Shown here: one piece after another, positions 39,591 to 52,639 of the stretch | How the letters are laid out: every line of letters starts with the position of its first letter | Numbering within the stretch: the stretch's first letter is position 1 | Assembly: GCA_028534125.1 (NCBI GenBank) | Contig: CM052816.1 | Coordinates: 91,886,001 to 91,950,000, forward strand | Direction: 5' to 3' | DNA: 64,000 nt | From: Lama glama | Taxonomy: Eukaryota | The notes under the pieces: model-generated | What the model saw: the letters and a program-made list of their open reading frames with translations, nothing else | What the model was told of the DNA's origin: nothing | The model's database searches: none | Made by a program: the position numbers and the translations under genes

Positions 39591-42500
39591 ATCAAACTAT
39601 GTTTCCCGAACTGGTGATAGATGTGTGAGGATTTATGCTCCCCGGCAACTTTCTCTCCCCATATCTGAAGAGCCCATGTCTGAGAAGATGGAAAGGGACC
39701 CAGGGCGTTTGACAGAGCAGCAGAGCGACCAAGGGTCAAGCCTCATCAGGAAGCCCTCATCAGCTCCAATTCAACAACACGCAGGGTTTTACAAAGGAGC
39801 TGTTAACAGTGTGAGGATGACAGACTCAGCCCCGCTGCAGCAGAATAAACATAACAATGAAACCACTGAGTAAGTGAGGGTGAGGCTGGAAACCTTAAAA
39901 GGCAGGAAAAGCAGCTCCTCTCCTCCTACTTGAAGAGAGAGATTTGTTTATTTGGCTTAACTGGAGTCAAAGCTAATGGTTCTAATGGCTTTGAATCACC
40001 CCCCAACTCATTCTCCAGATTTCTATGCATGGGCTGTAACTTACACTTTATGAAAAAAGATAAAGAGAAAAGTCAGCCTTCCATAAAAGAATTTCCCAGA
40101 ACATACTAATCATTTAGACATTCGCTTATATTTCTAGAAAGCTAAGGATCAGGGATGGGATGGTAACTTTTTCCTGGAGCCAAAACTGAGTCTGCCTAAA
40201 GGCTGAAAATTAAATCATTAACTTGAATGTTCACTAAGTATTTAGGAAAACAAAACACTGGAAATGACCAATATTGATATACAGATTCCTTCAATCTCAG
40301 GAGAGAAGCAGAGATTTCAGGACTGATTGAGTTAAGAGAAGACGTGGGAATGAGTGAGGAAGACAGAGATGAGGGATAAAAAGGATGACAAAAGGAAGAG
40401 AGGAACTGACTGATTTCGGCGCAGTAAGAGTCTTAACTTCCTTATTTATCGTAACATGTCTTCCCAAGGCTAATCTCTGTTAAGTGGTCCATTCAGGCAT
40501 TATAAGAACAAAATAAAATGAACGATAACATGACCAAGGATTACATCAGGACAAATAACGCCAATAAAAAATTTCCCTCCTCACTCTAGACAAGAAAGAC
40601 CTCAAGATTTGGGGGCAATTGAGCAAGGTCACAGTGGCTAAGCTGAAGCTGGAATCAAATTTCCAGACTCCCAAATCAACAGAAGAACTGCCTTAAGTTT
40701 TAATATAATATGCATGTGATAAACAATTCAGATTCTGCATTTCCAACAAGCTCCCAGGTAATACTGATGCCCCTGGTCCTGGGATTACAGAGAAGCAGGA
40801 AGCTTCTGTCCCCTTGCACCTGCTAAGGTAAGTCTTGGGAATAATTTTTTTTAATTAAAAAGATATTTTCCAGGAGCAGGAGAAAGTGAGATTACCGATC
40901 AAACACTATAGTTTTAAAAGTTCTAATAATTCACAACAATATGTATAAAATTTAACTGTCATTTGCATGGTGGTGTCAACTCCACTAGTAACTAAAATAT
41001 ATTTAAGGTGCAGAGCTTTAAAGCATACACCAATGTTTCATAGTTGAGGGATCACTCACTGAGCAATGCTGTGGATATACATTCTATTGATAATTTCTCC
41101 CTTATGTTTGAAATATACCACACCTAAATTGCACTAAATCTATAAAACTGTCTTAATTTCCAGTCCCTTTTGATAACAGAAATCCTGTGTCTAGGAGTTG
41201 CTTTCAGTTTCTTTGAAATTTGACATTTTAGATAAGAAAGATGACACTAACACACTAATACCAACAGGCTTCTGTGCATAGCTTCTGCCACCCAACAGCA
41301 CAGTGTAACAAAGCTGACCATACGCAATCACACACATATCATGATCGTATAATATATTACATATATTATATAATAATGACATATATTAAGAGAGGTCAAG
41401 TGTAACTAGGAGGAGAAAAGATTTTTGAAAAGCTCTTATTATCTCTATTTCTCTATTCCCTGCCCCCACCTGTTACACAGGAATCTCCATGCATTTCAAG
41501 AGAGCTGATTAATGTTGAACACAATGTGTGCCTCCAGCCAAAAGTCAGTTACCTCCCAAAACTTCCTATTGGTCCCCTTGAATCAGCTGAGCCCAAGAGG
41601 TTTTTCCCTATGAAAAGTCCACAGTGTATCTAAATCCGATCCCAGTAAAATTTCACTTCAGCTGAAGTGAAAACGCAGAGGTAGCATTTACGGATAACAG
41701 CTGGAGAACATTAGTTCTCTGTCTCTCCTTTTCTCTCCCAAGGGTTGAAAACTCTGCTGTTCAGACAGGAAGTCGTCATACACCACACACGGTACAACAG
41801 GAGACGGCTGGGATAGGAGGACAAGGTGCAGAGGATTAGGAAGAGTGTGAGGGGGCTTTGTTGGAGAACACAGAGCAGAGGCTCTGTGTTCCTCCTGGGG
41901 TGTCCGTCCCCACCTCCCCAACCAGTGTTCAAGTATCATAATGTATGCACACTCAGAACTGACAAGCACACACCTCACTCCCTGAAAGCTTTTTAATAAC
42001 TCAGAGTAAGAAGGCTTAATCTTTCATTTTTCCACAAATTTTTAAAACATTAACTTCAAGAGGTTTTTGGGGGGTGGCCAAAATTCTCCAATAATCTTTT
42101 CTGGCAAAATTTCACGTCTGCTATCTAAAAAGACAACCTTTTAACTTCTTCTAAATGAAATTGTCAGACGAAAAACCTCTCTCATATAACTACCCAGGAA
42201 AGATATATATATTTCATATATACGTGGAATTCAAAACATGATGATCTAGAAAAGAATGATTTAAACAAAAGTTTCTTGTGGATACGGTTTTTTAGGGTCG
42301 GTTTCTGCTGTAATTTCACAAAGCTGCTGAGAAGGAACACAGACACAAACAACGGGAGAGGCATCCACATTCTGCGGCCACAGCTCAAAGTTTTGCACAG
42401 GGTGATAGGAGTTTCCCTACCACCACATGCTGAATAGCCATTCTGCATTCCTACCAGTCTGCAGGCGCTGGACCCCGTTTCTAACCGCCGGTCCTCTGGG

Positions 42501-43342
42501 GGCGGGCTGTAAAAACCGACCCTGTCTCTTGCACTCCCCTCCAGCCAAGTTCACGAAAGACAAACCTTCCTAACTTTTGAACTGCGGGAAATGCCTTTGC
42601 CGTATGCATATCAGGGGCATGCCGTTAATCAACTGGGTTACTACACTAAGGTTTTATGCAAAGAGGGGGAGGAGGGGCGAGGGAGAAGCCAACCCACACA
42701 TCCATCATCCTTTAGGAGTGGGTGGAGCTTAAAGTTTCCTCAACTTCCAAGTTCCCACTTGACAGGCAATATTTCTGTGCAATTTCCAGCCCCACGTAAC
42801 AGATGGTCCTTTGCCCGTTTCCAGCCCCGAGAGGGCCCAGACAAAGCCCCCAGCCACCCCTCGCCTTGCACGACCATAGGTGGTCAGCTTCACGAAGCTG
42901 TCAGCTCGGGGGCAGGGAGCAGAGAATGGAAACTTAACTTCTTCCATAAGTTTTTCCTGCTACAGGAAAGTCCAGGGGACTGGTGCACAAAGGCCTGGGA
43001 AAGTTTTCACTGCGTTGTTTTTGAAAAACGTCTTCCGCCATCTGCCAAACCATCACCCTAAACCCCAGATGCCCAGGGAAGGAAAGTTGGGGAACATGGG
43101 TTCAGACACATGGCAGAAATGCGACTCGAGCCGTCCTAAAGACAACCTGAGAAGTTGCTTAGAGACCCCCGCGGTGGGACAGCATCCTCGGGGCGCCGGA
43201 GCGGGCAGTGCCAAAGGGGAAGGTGACGGCCCAAACAGGGGTGCGCCTCGGCAGCGTGCGAGAACCTTCCTTCCCAGACGGGAGGGCGAGGGGAAGGGAG
43301 GGGGACGCGACTCGGGAGCGTGAGGACGGGCGGCCCACTCAC

Positions 43343-43379
43343 CCTCACTGCCGTACTGTTTGCCATTGTTCGCGCCCAT
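43343..43379 (-). CDS. FBXL7: FBXL7 (F-box and leucine-rich repeat protein 7) first coding exon, 37 nt, MGANNGKQYGSE|G, phase-1 donor; remaining exons not found in the window
   Basis: Minus strand reads AGG-ATG-GGC-GCG-AAC-AAT-GGC-AAA-CAG-TAC-GGC-AGT-GAG-G|GTGAGT, with a strong Kozak context (A-3, G+4) and a consensus donor, inside a CpG island. The peptide matches my recollection of the human FBXL7 N-terminus (MGANNGKQYGSEGKGSSS...). Confidence 0.9.
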
Positions 43380-43389
43380 CCTGCCGCCG

Positions 43390-43419
43390 TCATGCCCGCC
43401 GTCTCCCGGGACACTCCAT
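43390..43419 (-). promoter_or_regulatory. uORF MECPGRRRA* in the FBXL7 5' UTR
   Basis: gctATGG (G-3, G+4). Its TGA overlaps the next uATG (ATGA) and ends 10 nt before the main ATG. Confidence 0.6.
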
Positions 43420-43475
43420 AGCTGGGGCGCACCGCCTGTGCGCTCCGCCAGAGGAAAGCCCGCCCGACGGGACCG

Positions 43476-43487
43476 TTAGCTGCGCAT
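43476..43487 (-). promoter_or_regulatory. minimal uORF MRS* in the FBXL7 5' UTR
   Basis: Minus strand ggtATG-CGC-AGC-TAA, ending 96 nt upstream of the main ATG. Confidence 0.5.
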
Positions 43488-46419
43488 ACCCCACGCTCCG
43501 GGACCGATCTCCGACCGGGGGCGGCCCCTGCACTCGGGTGGGTGGGGGCGCTCCGTCCCCTCCGGGCACCCCCGATGGCGCCGGGTGGGGCCGAGAGCGG
43601 CCGCCGCCCTTAGAATCCGCCTTCGGGGCCAGCGGGCGCAGCGCCGCGGAGAGCCCGCGCCCCGGGGCCGCCCAGAGGCTCGCCGCGCCGCCGCCGCCGG
43701 GTCCCCATCCGCCCGCCCCGATCCCCCGGAGGTGGGCGCTGAGCCGCGCGGGCGGCCGAGGCTCCCGGGCTCCGCTGCCTCCTCCGGGCGCCCCTGCGCA
43801 CCCGCGGCTTCCCCGGGGAGGGCGCGGCGGCCACTTGTTGCGGGTGCCCAGAGCCAGCAGAGACTCGCGGCCCGGCGCCGCTCGCCCACGGGCCGGACTT
43901 TTGTTAGCGCCAGGCGCCTCCTCTCGCCGCCCAGCGTCAATCACAGCTGGAGCCCCGGGGAGGAAGGCCGGCCCGGAGATGCGCGGCCTTTTAAAGGGGC
44001 AGCGCGCCTTTTCGGGGCTCCGGCTCCCAGACCCAGCCTCGGCGCAGGCCCTGCGCGCCACCAGCGAACCGCTTTGAGCGGAAGAACGTGTCCTTGGTTC
44101 TATTTTACTATTGTTCTTTTACAGGCTGAGCCCCTAATTAGTACGATGAGCTTCCAGGCGTCGTTTGGAATCCCTTGGGTTGGCCTGCAAATACGGCCTG
44201 TTTTAAGTGTGGGGACATTTAAAATTAACTTGCATCAGAGGCTGATTCTGCCGGACAATTTCAGGTACGTGTGCTGGCATCCTCCTGTGGCACCCACGTT
44301 AGGGAACTGCGGCTGGGAATGGAGGAGAGAGGGAGGGAAAAATTGAGGGGAACGCAGCAGGGAGTCACTGCAGAGCCAAAGACATTCCACGCCCCGGTGC
44401 GGGAGGTTTCCTGGCTCAGAACTTTTAAGAGCTTCCGAGTCAGGAAGTGTATTTTCTCCCCGTTTCTATGATTTTTTTTTTCCTTGTGGTTGGTGTTACC
44501 CTTTGTTTAATACATTACAAACCTCTTTTGGAGATTTATGTGACACTTCTAGAGTCTTATAATGGCCCTTTGGTGGTCCCTCCTTTAAATGGAAAAAGGA
44601 AATTCTTCTTCTTAATGTTTTATTCTCTTTCCATATAAATACCTAGAATTTTATAACATTGCATCTTAGTAAAGACCAGGGCATTCACAGAGCAAATTAC
44701 TTTGTACGGAGGCAAGAACACAGCAGTTTCCCCTTTTGGGTGTCATATGTTTCAAATTAAAACATTATATATATCTCCACACACATATATCTTACCGGAA
44801 TGGAGATCCAGTATTTGTATAATTATCTATTTCTTGAAAGGCTTGGGACCACATGCAAAAATTTTTAGTGACTTGACCTTCTGTAGATTCTATCTGGGCA
44901 GTTTCTCTTAATTTAGTACAATTTTCTTGGAGATAAAATATCATGTTTCAAAATTTTAAAAGTTAGATTTATTGTTCTGGAGAGATCATGTATTGAAAGA
45001 AAAATAATAAATTACCTATTTTCAAGGACAGGATTAAATAGATTTGTGTTCTACTAATAACATATCAACTGTCCCAGTCCAAACAGATTAAAACTGTATT
45101 TCAATTCATCTTTTCATATATATAATCTAGCACACTGCCTGGCCAATGATATGTGTTTCCCAGGCCTGCCAAGTTAAATTAAAAACTTGTGTCATGGACC
45201 CTAAATAGGAAATAAGGGTAGAATGTCAAAAATATGGAAGAGTTAAATGAGCTTTCAGAGACACCACCTGAAAATATAAACCCAATCTAGAAATGAACAG
45301 ATGTGTACATTATCTTCATCCAAAATGGGTTTCTGCTCACCTGGGCCATGTGATTTTCCATCACCACTGATGGAATGGCTCTGATTCTAATCGTGGATCA
45401 GATCGTTTTAGAGACACAGTTGAAGATTAACCCCCTGTGAAGTGATGGAATGATGAACTCTCGTCTTGATATTTGCTGTTGAGTGGACAACTTGCTTTTT
45501 TCTAGGCTGTTATCTCCCTGGTCATCAGTTCCTCTTTTGAGGTCTACAAATTGAGAAACTGACAGGAGAAGAAACTGAAACTCATAAAGTTTCAGTGTCT
45601 CGAGTCACGTGGTCAGTGGCAGATGGAGTCAGGTTCAGGCCCTCTCCTCCCCACTCCACTGCCCCTCTTGACCTGGCCATCATGCACCTCGAGTCACTGT
45701 CCTCCCTTTTGGTTCAGTCACCTTCCGGGATCTTTAATAACACAGCAAAGCTAACAGTGCAAAGTAAGTTGTAGTGACTACATTTATATCCTTTGAAATT
45801 AAAACCTGTAAATATTTTCAAGGCTCTATTGCCTGCCCTAAAGCAGAATAGAGACAATACAGTTTAAGAAATTCCAGTAAAACAAAACAGGAAAAAATGG
45901 TTTTTAACATCCTTCTGATTATAAATACATGTTGTCATAGTCACTGTAAAATCTCAGAGAAAAAAAAGTAGTTAAGCAAAATGAAAGAAAAGCACTACTT
46001 CTGTATAAAATGCAGGTGTACTCAGGTGTGTATATGTTTTGAATTTCAAAAGTAAGATATTATACAAATATATGATGTTAACAAAACATTCCAGTCTTTT
46101 CTCCCAGCTGCCAAACCTAATCCCCCAACTTTCAATATGGATCTGTAAGTGTCTTGTGAAAAGAATGGCAGGTTTTCACCAGTAGATTCCCAATAGCTAG
46201 CACAGTTCCTAACACAACGTGGTCACTCAGTAAAACTTGGAGAAGGAATGAACGTTGAACAAAGAGAGAAAATGATTTAAATGTTGTTCCACTTTCTCTC
46301 CCTCTGCCTTTTTTAAGAGGCCACAATCACTGGAAATATTTAAAAGCAAGCATTCTAAGTCATCCCAAAACTTAATAATAATGTACCAGGCACTGTTTTT
46401 CCCCTGCACCCAGTACCTT

Positions 46420-47410
46420 TTCCTTTTTTGCTCTGAGAGCACCAGTTTCTGTCCTTCAGGAAACTTTCACTCATATTCCAACTGTGGGCTTCCTGTGGGA
46501 GCTTGTCAGTTATGGTGGTGGTGGTGGTAGTGGACTTCCTGGTTAGGTGGGGACCCATGATGAGGCTTACCCAATCAGACACACAGGTGTCCCTGGCAGT
46601 GTGGGAGTAACAAGTGCCTCTCCCCCCTCCTAAAGTGAAATCAGGGGAGAGTCAGAACTTCTACCTTCATCCAGGAGTCACAGGGCCAAGCCCACCACAG
46701 TGTCAGTGGGGGACCACATGGGGTGGTCCAGATGGGGAACCAGGACTCTCTCCCCACCAGCAGTAAGAAGGAGCCCCCTTACCTTCAGTGTCAATAGCAG
46801 TTGAATGGGACCTGAACTTCCACTTCCACCTGACGGGTACAAGGTGGCATAGTTGCGACAGAAGGTTTAAGTCAGACTCAGGCTCATAATATTATCTGAA
46901 AATGTCCAGGTTTCAATGGAAAATCCTTCAACATACCAAGAAGCAGGAAGGTTTCAAATGGAATGAAAAAACAGATGTCAACACCAAGATGACAGAGATA
47001 TTAGAATTATCTGACAATAATTTTAAAGCCATGGGAAAAAGTACTTCAATGAGCAATTACAAAAATGCTTATAATAAGTGAAAAAACAGAAAGCCTCAGC
47101 AAAGAAGGAGAAGATATGAAGAAGAACCAAGTGAGAAATTCAGAACTGAAAAATACAGTAACTGAAATAGAAAAGCTCAGTGGATGGGCTGAACAGCTGG
47201 ATGGAAGAGGCAGAGGAGAGAATCAGTGAATTGTTAGACAGAACACTAGACATTACCCAATCTGAATAAGGAGACAATGGACTGAAAAAAATGACAGAGC
47301 CTTAAGGATTGTTGGGAATATAATCAAAGATTTAACATTTGTGTCTTCAGACTCTCCCATGGAGAGGGGAAAGAAGGAAAAACTGAAGTACTTGAAGACA
47401 TAATGGCTAA
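46420..47410 (+). mobile_element. Old L1 5'/ORF1-region relic
   Basis: ORF1-like A-rich text (GAAGAACCAAGTGAGAAATTCAGAACTGAAAAATACAGTAACTGAAAT...GAGAGAATCAGTGAA). The element resumes as GGCTGAAAACTTCCCAAAT after the nested insertion. Confidence 0.7.
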
Positions 47411-47465
47411 AGGTATGGACACAACCTAAGTGTCTATCAACAGATGAATGGATAAAAAAGATGTA

Positions 47466-47513
<48 letters not shown>

Positions 47514-47922
47514 GAATATTACTCAGCTGTGAAAAATAATGAAAATTTGCCATTTGCAGCAACATAGGTGGACTTGAAGGGCATTATGCTAAGTGAAATA
47601 ATTCAGACAGAGAAAGACAAATACTGTATGATATCACTTATATGTGGAATCTAAAAAATACAACAATCTAGTGAATAAAACAAAAAAGAAACTGACTCAC
47701 GGATCTAGAGAAAAAACTAGTGGTTACCAGCAGGGAGAGGGAAGCAGGGAGGGGAAGTACAGGGACAGGGGATTTTTTTTAAAAAAGGATTATTATGGGA
47801 TTATATGAAATCATATGTATGAAACTTCTGAAAATTATAAAACACTGTTGAATTTTTAAAATCTTTCATTCAATTACAAAAAGAAAGAAAGAAAAAGGAA
47901 GGAAGGAAGGAAAGAAAGAAAG
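47411..47922 (+). mobile_element. Younger 5'-truncated L1 3' end nested in the old L1, with (TA)n at 47467-47508 and a GAAA/GGAA tail
   Basis: CAACCTAAGTGTCTATCAACAGATGAATGGATAAA...TGCCATTTGCAGCAAC...ATCACTTATATGTGGAATCTAAAAA. Confidence 0.85.
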
Positions 47923-47949
47923 GCAGGCTGAAAACTTCCCAAATCCTTG

Positions 47950-48250
47950 AAATGATAAATTTATAAAGATGGTGATCAGGTTCATGGCTGAACAGGTTAA
48001 GGTGGGTTCTGAATGGAAGTGCATGTGGTTATAAAAGGACAACAAGAGAGATTGTCATGGTGATAGAAATGTTCTGTAGCTTGACTGTAGCCATATCATT
48101 ATCTTGGCTGGGATATTGTACTACAGTTCACAAGATTTTATCATTGGAGGAAGCTAGGTTGGGTGGTAAATGGGATACCTCTGTATTATTTCTTACAAAT
48201 GCATGTAAAACTACAACTATCTCAAAATTACAAGTGTAACTTGAAAAAAG
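47950..48250 (+). mobile_element. Old L1 (L1MB/MD-type) 3' UTR end
   Basis: TATAAAAGGACAACA...TCTGTATTATTTCTTACAAATGCATGT...CTACAACTATCTCAAAA. Confidence 0.65.
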
Positions 48251-50404
48251 AAGCTCTCTTCCCACCACAAGACCTATTTCTACATATTCTTTCCATATTG
48301 TCATTTACAACACCTTCCAGTTCCTCTTCTTACACATATAGAGTCCCATGGGAAAGCAAAAGTCTTAATGATCACTGATTCCTTAGTGTTTATCAGATTT
48401 ACATCTGTGTCTACTCAGCACTGATTTAGGCACAGCAGCCTAACCTTGAATTTGGGGGTATTAGAATTAAAGGCTCCACTGATGAAAGGAATTGTCCTAT
48501 TGCTAAATTAAATGTCTACTTATTTTCTCCTGTGTGAACCTGATGCAAACAGGAAAACATGAAAGTAGAAAAATCTAAGTTTGAATTGATATTCACATTT
48601 TTGTTTCTGTTTTTCAGTGGCTAACTCAATGACTCAATAACTCAACTAACTTTCAGCTACTTTAATAAATATATCCACACTCTGAGTAATGGGAACATAT
48701 TCTTCTCTAGTAGTAAATTTTTAGAATATTAGATTCAAACACCAGTTTGATTTACAACACCTTAGGAGCCCATTTTCTCTAGGGGCAGAGCCTCCGAGGT
48801 TCAGGTTAATTTTCTGTATTTGGCACTGGGAATAGACAGGCTTCCAGAGCCCCTTGGGGCCAGAGTGCAAGGAACCAGTCAGTGCAGCTCTTTACTTCAG
48901 CTGGACCGTTGGTTGCCAGGTGTACAGAGGAGCACACCATTGCCATAGGTTTCCCTGGGAAATACTGTAGACACAATGAACTCTCCCATGAAACTCATTT
49001 TGGAGAACATTCAAAGCTGATTTAAAAAAAAAATACTAAAAATGTTCATAATAAGTATCAGTTTTTAAAAGGAAAAAAGTGAACCAAACCATAGTTTATT
49101 CACATTTATGTTGACTTTTTTCCCCCTTGGACATACGGGGTTGCCTTCCAAAATCTGAATCACCTGCTCATCATTAGTTATTTTTGTAGTTCAGGATATA
49201 GTTAGATTTGCATATTCTGTTACAGCAATTATGGTAGAAGATGACAAGTCAGTTCAAGAGTAGACTTGCATTACAATGTGTGTGTTATCTAAAACAGGAA
49301 ATACTGTTTTGTAGTTAATATGTTAAAAAACCAAATATTTGTATCAGACAGAAAAATGATTATCATCCCCGCCCCAGAACATTTAATATATTATTACCTA
49401 ATTTGTGAAATTAGAGAAGAAAAAAAGAGCACACATTAATTTTATTTCATTATTGACACTGTACTGTTTTGAATTAAGTGTTTTGCATGTCTTACCTAGT
49501 GTTCATCACTTAGGCAGTGCTTCTAGACTCAGCTTTATTGATGGGTATACTGAGGCTCAGAAAAGTTGAATAAATCTTAAAATGATGCACAGCAAGACTG
49601 GAACCAAGAGATATTTGCAAAGCCTATGGTATTTCTCACTGCTTTCTGCCACCAATATCATGCCATCACATGCCAGCCTCATTTTGGACCAAGCCTGGCT
49701 TTTAGTGGAGATTACTATGCGTTTCACTTCAAAAGAGTGAAACATCTTTTGAAATCTGTGAAATTTAATTATATTTCAAAAAAAGTATTCATTATTCATT
49801 ATGCACCATGAATCTTCAACATAGCCATGATTGATGGCTAGATAGTTTAGATAAATAATTTAGACATTTTTAAGAAGTATAAAATAAATAGCTTAATAGA
49901 ATAAACACTTTATATAGGACCCTTGAAACTCCATCTGCTCACAAAAATTCCCGTCGCAGATCTGGGAAACAAAGTAGCCATTTGCTTTAATTCAAAATAT
50001 TACAATATCACTTACTGTGCCCAACCATTGTACCTTACCCTTGATTGTACACTTAACATGCAATTCCCTATCTCTTTGTCCTTCATCAGGCACCTGTCCT
50101 ATACCAGGAGGCAAGTCACCTGAGACCCCATAATACCCTAAACCAGCATCACAAAGTTCCTGTGCTTATTAGCTCAGAGACGTATAGCATTCATTCAGAG
50201 TCCTAACATATTTATCTGGTTTCTTAGAACACAGAAAACTAGAAGCAAGGCATTAGAAGGAGTATTGCTCAACATATTTCACAAACTACAAAAAAAAAAA
50301 GTTACAGCTACTTAAAAGTAAGGTAATGAGAAAAATAAAGGGAAAATGGGAAAACTGAATAAAGAAAAAATAGAAACAAGAAATCTAGGGTGATATAAGC
50401 ATGG

Positions 50405-50830
50405 GTTATTGTCTTAGGTAAGATAATTTTAGCACCTGTAATAAATAAACCTCCAAAGTTTAGTGATTTGCCTTCATACAAGAGAAATTTATTTATCACT
50501 TATAAAATAATCTAAGCCCATGTAAGTAGTCCACTGGAGATTATTCTCCACATGGTGACTCAGGGATCAAGGCTTCTATCTTATAACTCTGCCAATCACA
50601 ACATCGTCCACATGCAGCTGGCGGAAGGCACAAAGGATAAGTGGAGAGTCATACCCCATCACATCTGCTGACATCCCACTGATGAGAGAACAAGTTCAAT
50701 GGCCTCATCTGCGTACGAAGGAGTCTGGAAAATGTAACCCCTGGCCAACCTACTGTCCCTAGCCACACCCACGCTGTGGGAAGGGGAGCAGTGATATTGG
50801 TGAACGTGCATGTAACAGCATTCTTTAGTA
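50405..50830. mobile_element. MLT1-type MaLR LTR relic
   Basis: CTCCACATGGTGACTCAGGGA...CATCACATCTGCTGACATCCCACTG...GAGTCTGGAAAATGTA...ATATTGGTGAAC motifs. Confidence 0.6.
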
Positions 50831-52639
50831 GCCCCTGAAGATAACGCTTTATGCACATAACCGCTACACGTCATGCACTTTGGCTGGCTCACATAACCCA
50901 CATCCCCCTCTCCTTCTCCATCGCCTTCCTCTTCTCTTTAGGTCAAAAGTTAAATACTTGTTTTTCCAGAACCCCCGGTAGTTAAGAATGGCCATATGGC
51001 CTTGTCTTGGCCGAAGAAATGTAAGCAAAATTCACTAGGAGCACCTGGAATAAATTTTGCTAGTGAATAAAATTCAGCGATAGCTCTGCCACTATTTCTT
51101 CTCTCTCTTCCCACTTTCAACTCCACTGTTACTAGAAACGGTGGTAACCATCTTGTGAACTTCAGAGAAATGCCAAGAGAATTGTAACGACAGTGACCAG
51201 GAGTCCTACATACACAGAACCCCTGGGGCAACAGCAGTAACTGCCTACCTTTAATGGAAGGATAAAAACTGTTACTTAAAGCCAACTGCACACCTAGGAG
51301 ATAACACAATTTGTTCATTTAAGAAGGAAGAAAAAAAATAGGTAAATGTAATATTTCCATCCATAATAGTTAAAAAAACTATTAAAATACACTGATGCTT
51401 AAATGGGAAATTTTAAATGATGTAGAAAATAAATGAACAAAAAGCAAAATTTCCCAACACTACTAGCCCCTGAAAATGCCACTCTATTCAGTTTCCATCA
51501 CATTTAAATACACTATTGCATGTATGAATAATACACATTCATTCAACATGAAGAAATTGTATTGTCAATGTCTTTATCAAGACTTAGTCTGTATTAAAAG
51601 CCAAAATCTTATGTCATGTAGAAAAGCTGCACAGTAGCCAAGGAATATTGCAGCACATTTTCTCTCTTAACTATGGATAATATAAAACTTTCCCGGAATT
51701 CAGTGTGACTTTCTTGAAAAAGAAAAAAACTTATATAGGGCTTTTTGAGCATGATAATCATTTTGAACTTTATTCTAACTATAATGCAAAACAGGGGGGT
51801 TTTAAGTAAGAAACTAATTTGACTTGACTGATATTTTTCACATCAGCAGGCCTTATTGTGAAAAACTGACAGCTCTTAGAAGTCCAGAGACGTGTTAAAA
51901 GTCCTCTGCCCTAGGATAGGTGAGAGAAATCTGACTTTCATCAGCACAATAGTGGAGAAGGTAAAAAATTGTTAGATTCAAGATATATTTTGGAGGTAGA
52001 GCCAATAAAACTCACCTGATTGTGTATTTTATGAGAAAAGAGGAAATTAAAAGATGGCATCTCGGTCTTTGCTTGAGCAGGAAAGTGGAGGGTGGTTGGG
52101 GAGGATGGAGAAGTGCTTTAGGACTGATTATCTGAAGGGGGATTTGTTTTGGATGTACTAAACTTAAAAGAACAGTTAGATGCACAAATGAGCCTTTAGG
52201 CAGCAGTTAAATTGATGAGTTAAGTATGTGGGGAGAGCATCACTGGATATACTTATTTGGAAGGCTTCAGCATATAGAAAGTGAGGTCTTTCCCCCAAAA
52301 TGGAAAGGTCATTTTGCCCTCAGGTTGGCCAGCTGGAAGTACTTGGGTATTAACACTTCCCCACCCCCTTCCCTGGCAGCCTTCAACCAACAACAGATGA
52401 GAAACAGTGTATCAATACCCCTACTCCCATGTCCTTCGGTGGGATGCTTCTGAAGCTTGGGTTTCCCAGCATTTGCCCAGGGGGTTAAATACCAGGCACA
52501 CACAGTGATAGCTGGCTTGATAATGCATCTCTCCCCTTTCCTACCACACCTCTCTCTGGCGTTTCCTACACTTAACAAATAAGTTACTTGCCCTCAAATT
52601 TTTATTTCAGGGTCCGTTTCTGGAGAATCCTAAATTAAG

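Larger units (their letters stand above)
1..43342 (-). other. FBXL7: FBXL7 intron 1 (partial)
   Basis: Begins at the GTGAGT donor. I found no sequence encoding the expected exon 2 peptide (GKGSSSISSDV...) downstream in the window, consistent with the known very long first intron. Confidence 0.75.
43150..44090 (-). promoter_or_regulatory. FBXL7: CpG island: FBXL7 promoter, 5' UTR and exon 1
   Basis: Abrupt switch to very high GC and unsuppressed CpG (many CGCG, GCGC, CCGG), several GC-box-like motifs, and a TATA-like TTTAAAA on the minus strand at 43989-43995. The exact TSS cannot be determined from sequence. Confidence 0.9.

Noticed and set aside
43053..44346. Long overlapping ORFs (108-289 aa) on both strands in the CpG island
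   Set aside because: Pro/Gly/Ala/Arg-rich translations are expected from stop-codon scarcity in GC-rich DNA. Only the 37-nt FBXL7 exon is supported, and the 108-aa ORF simply reads through the splice donor.
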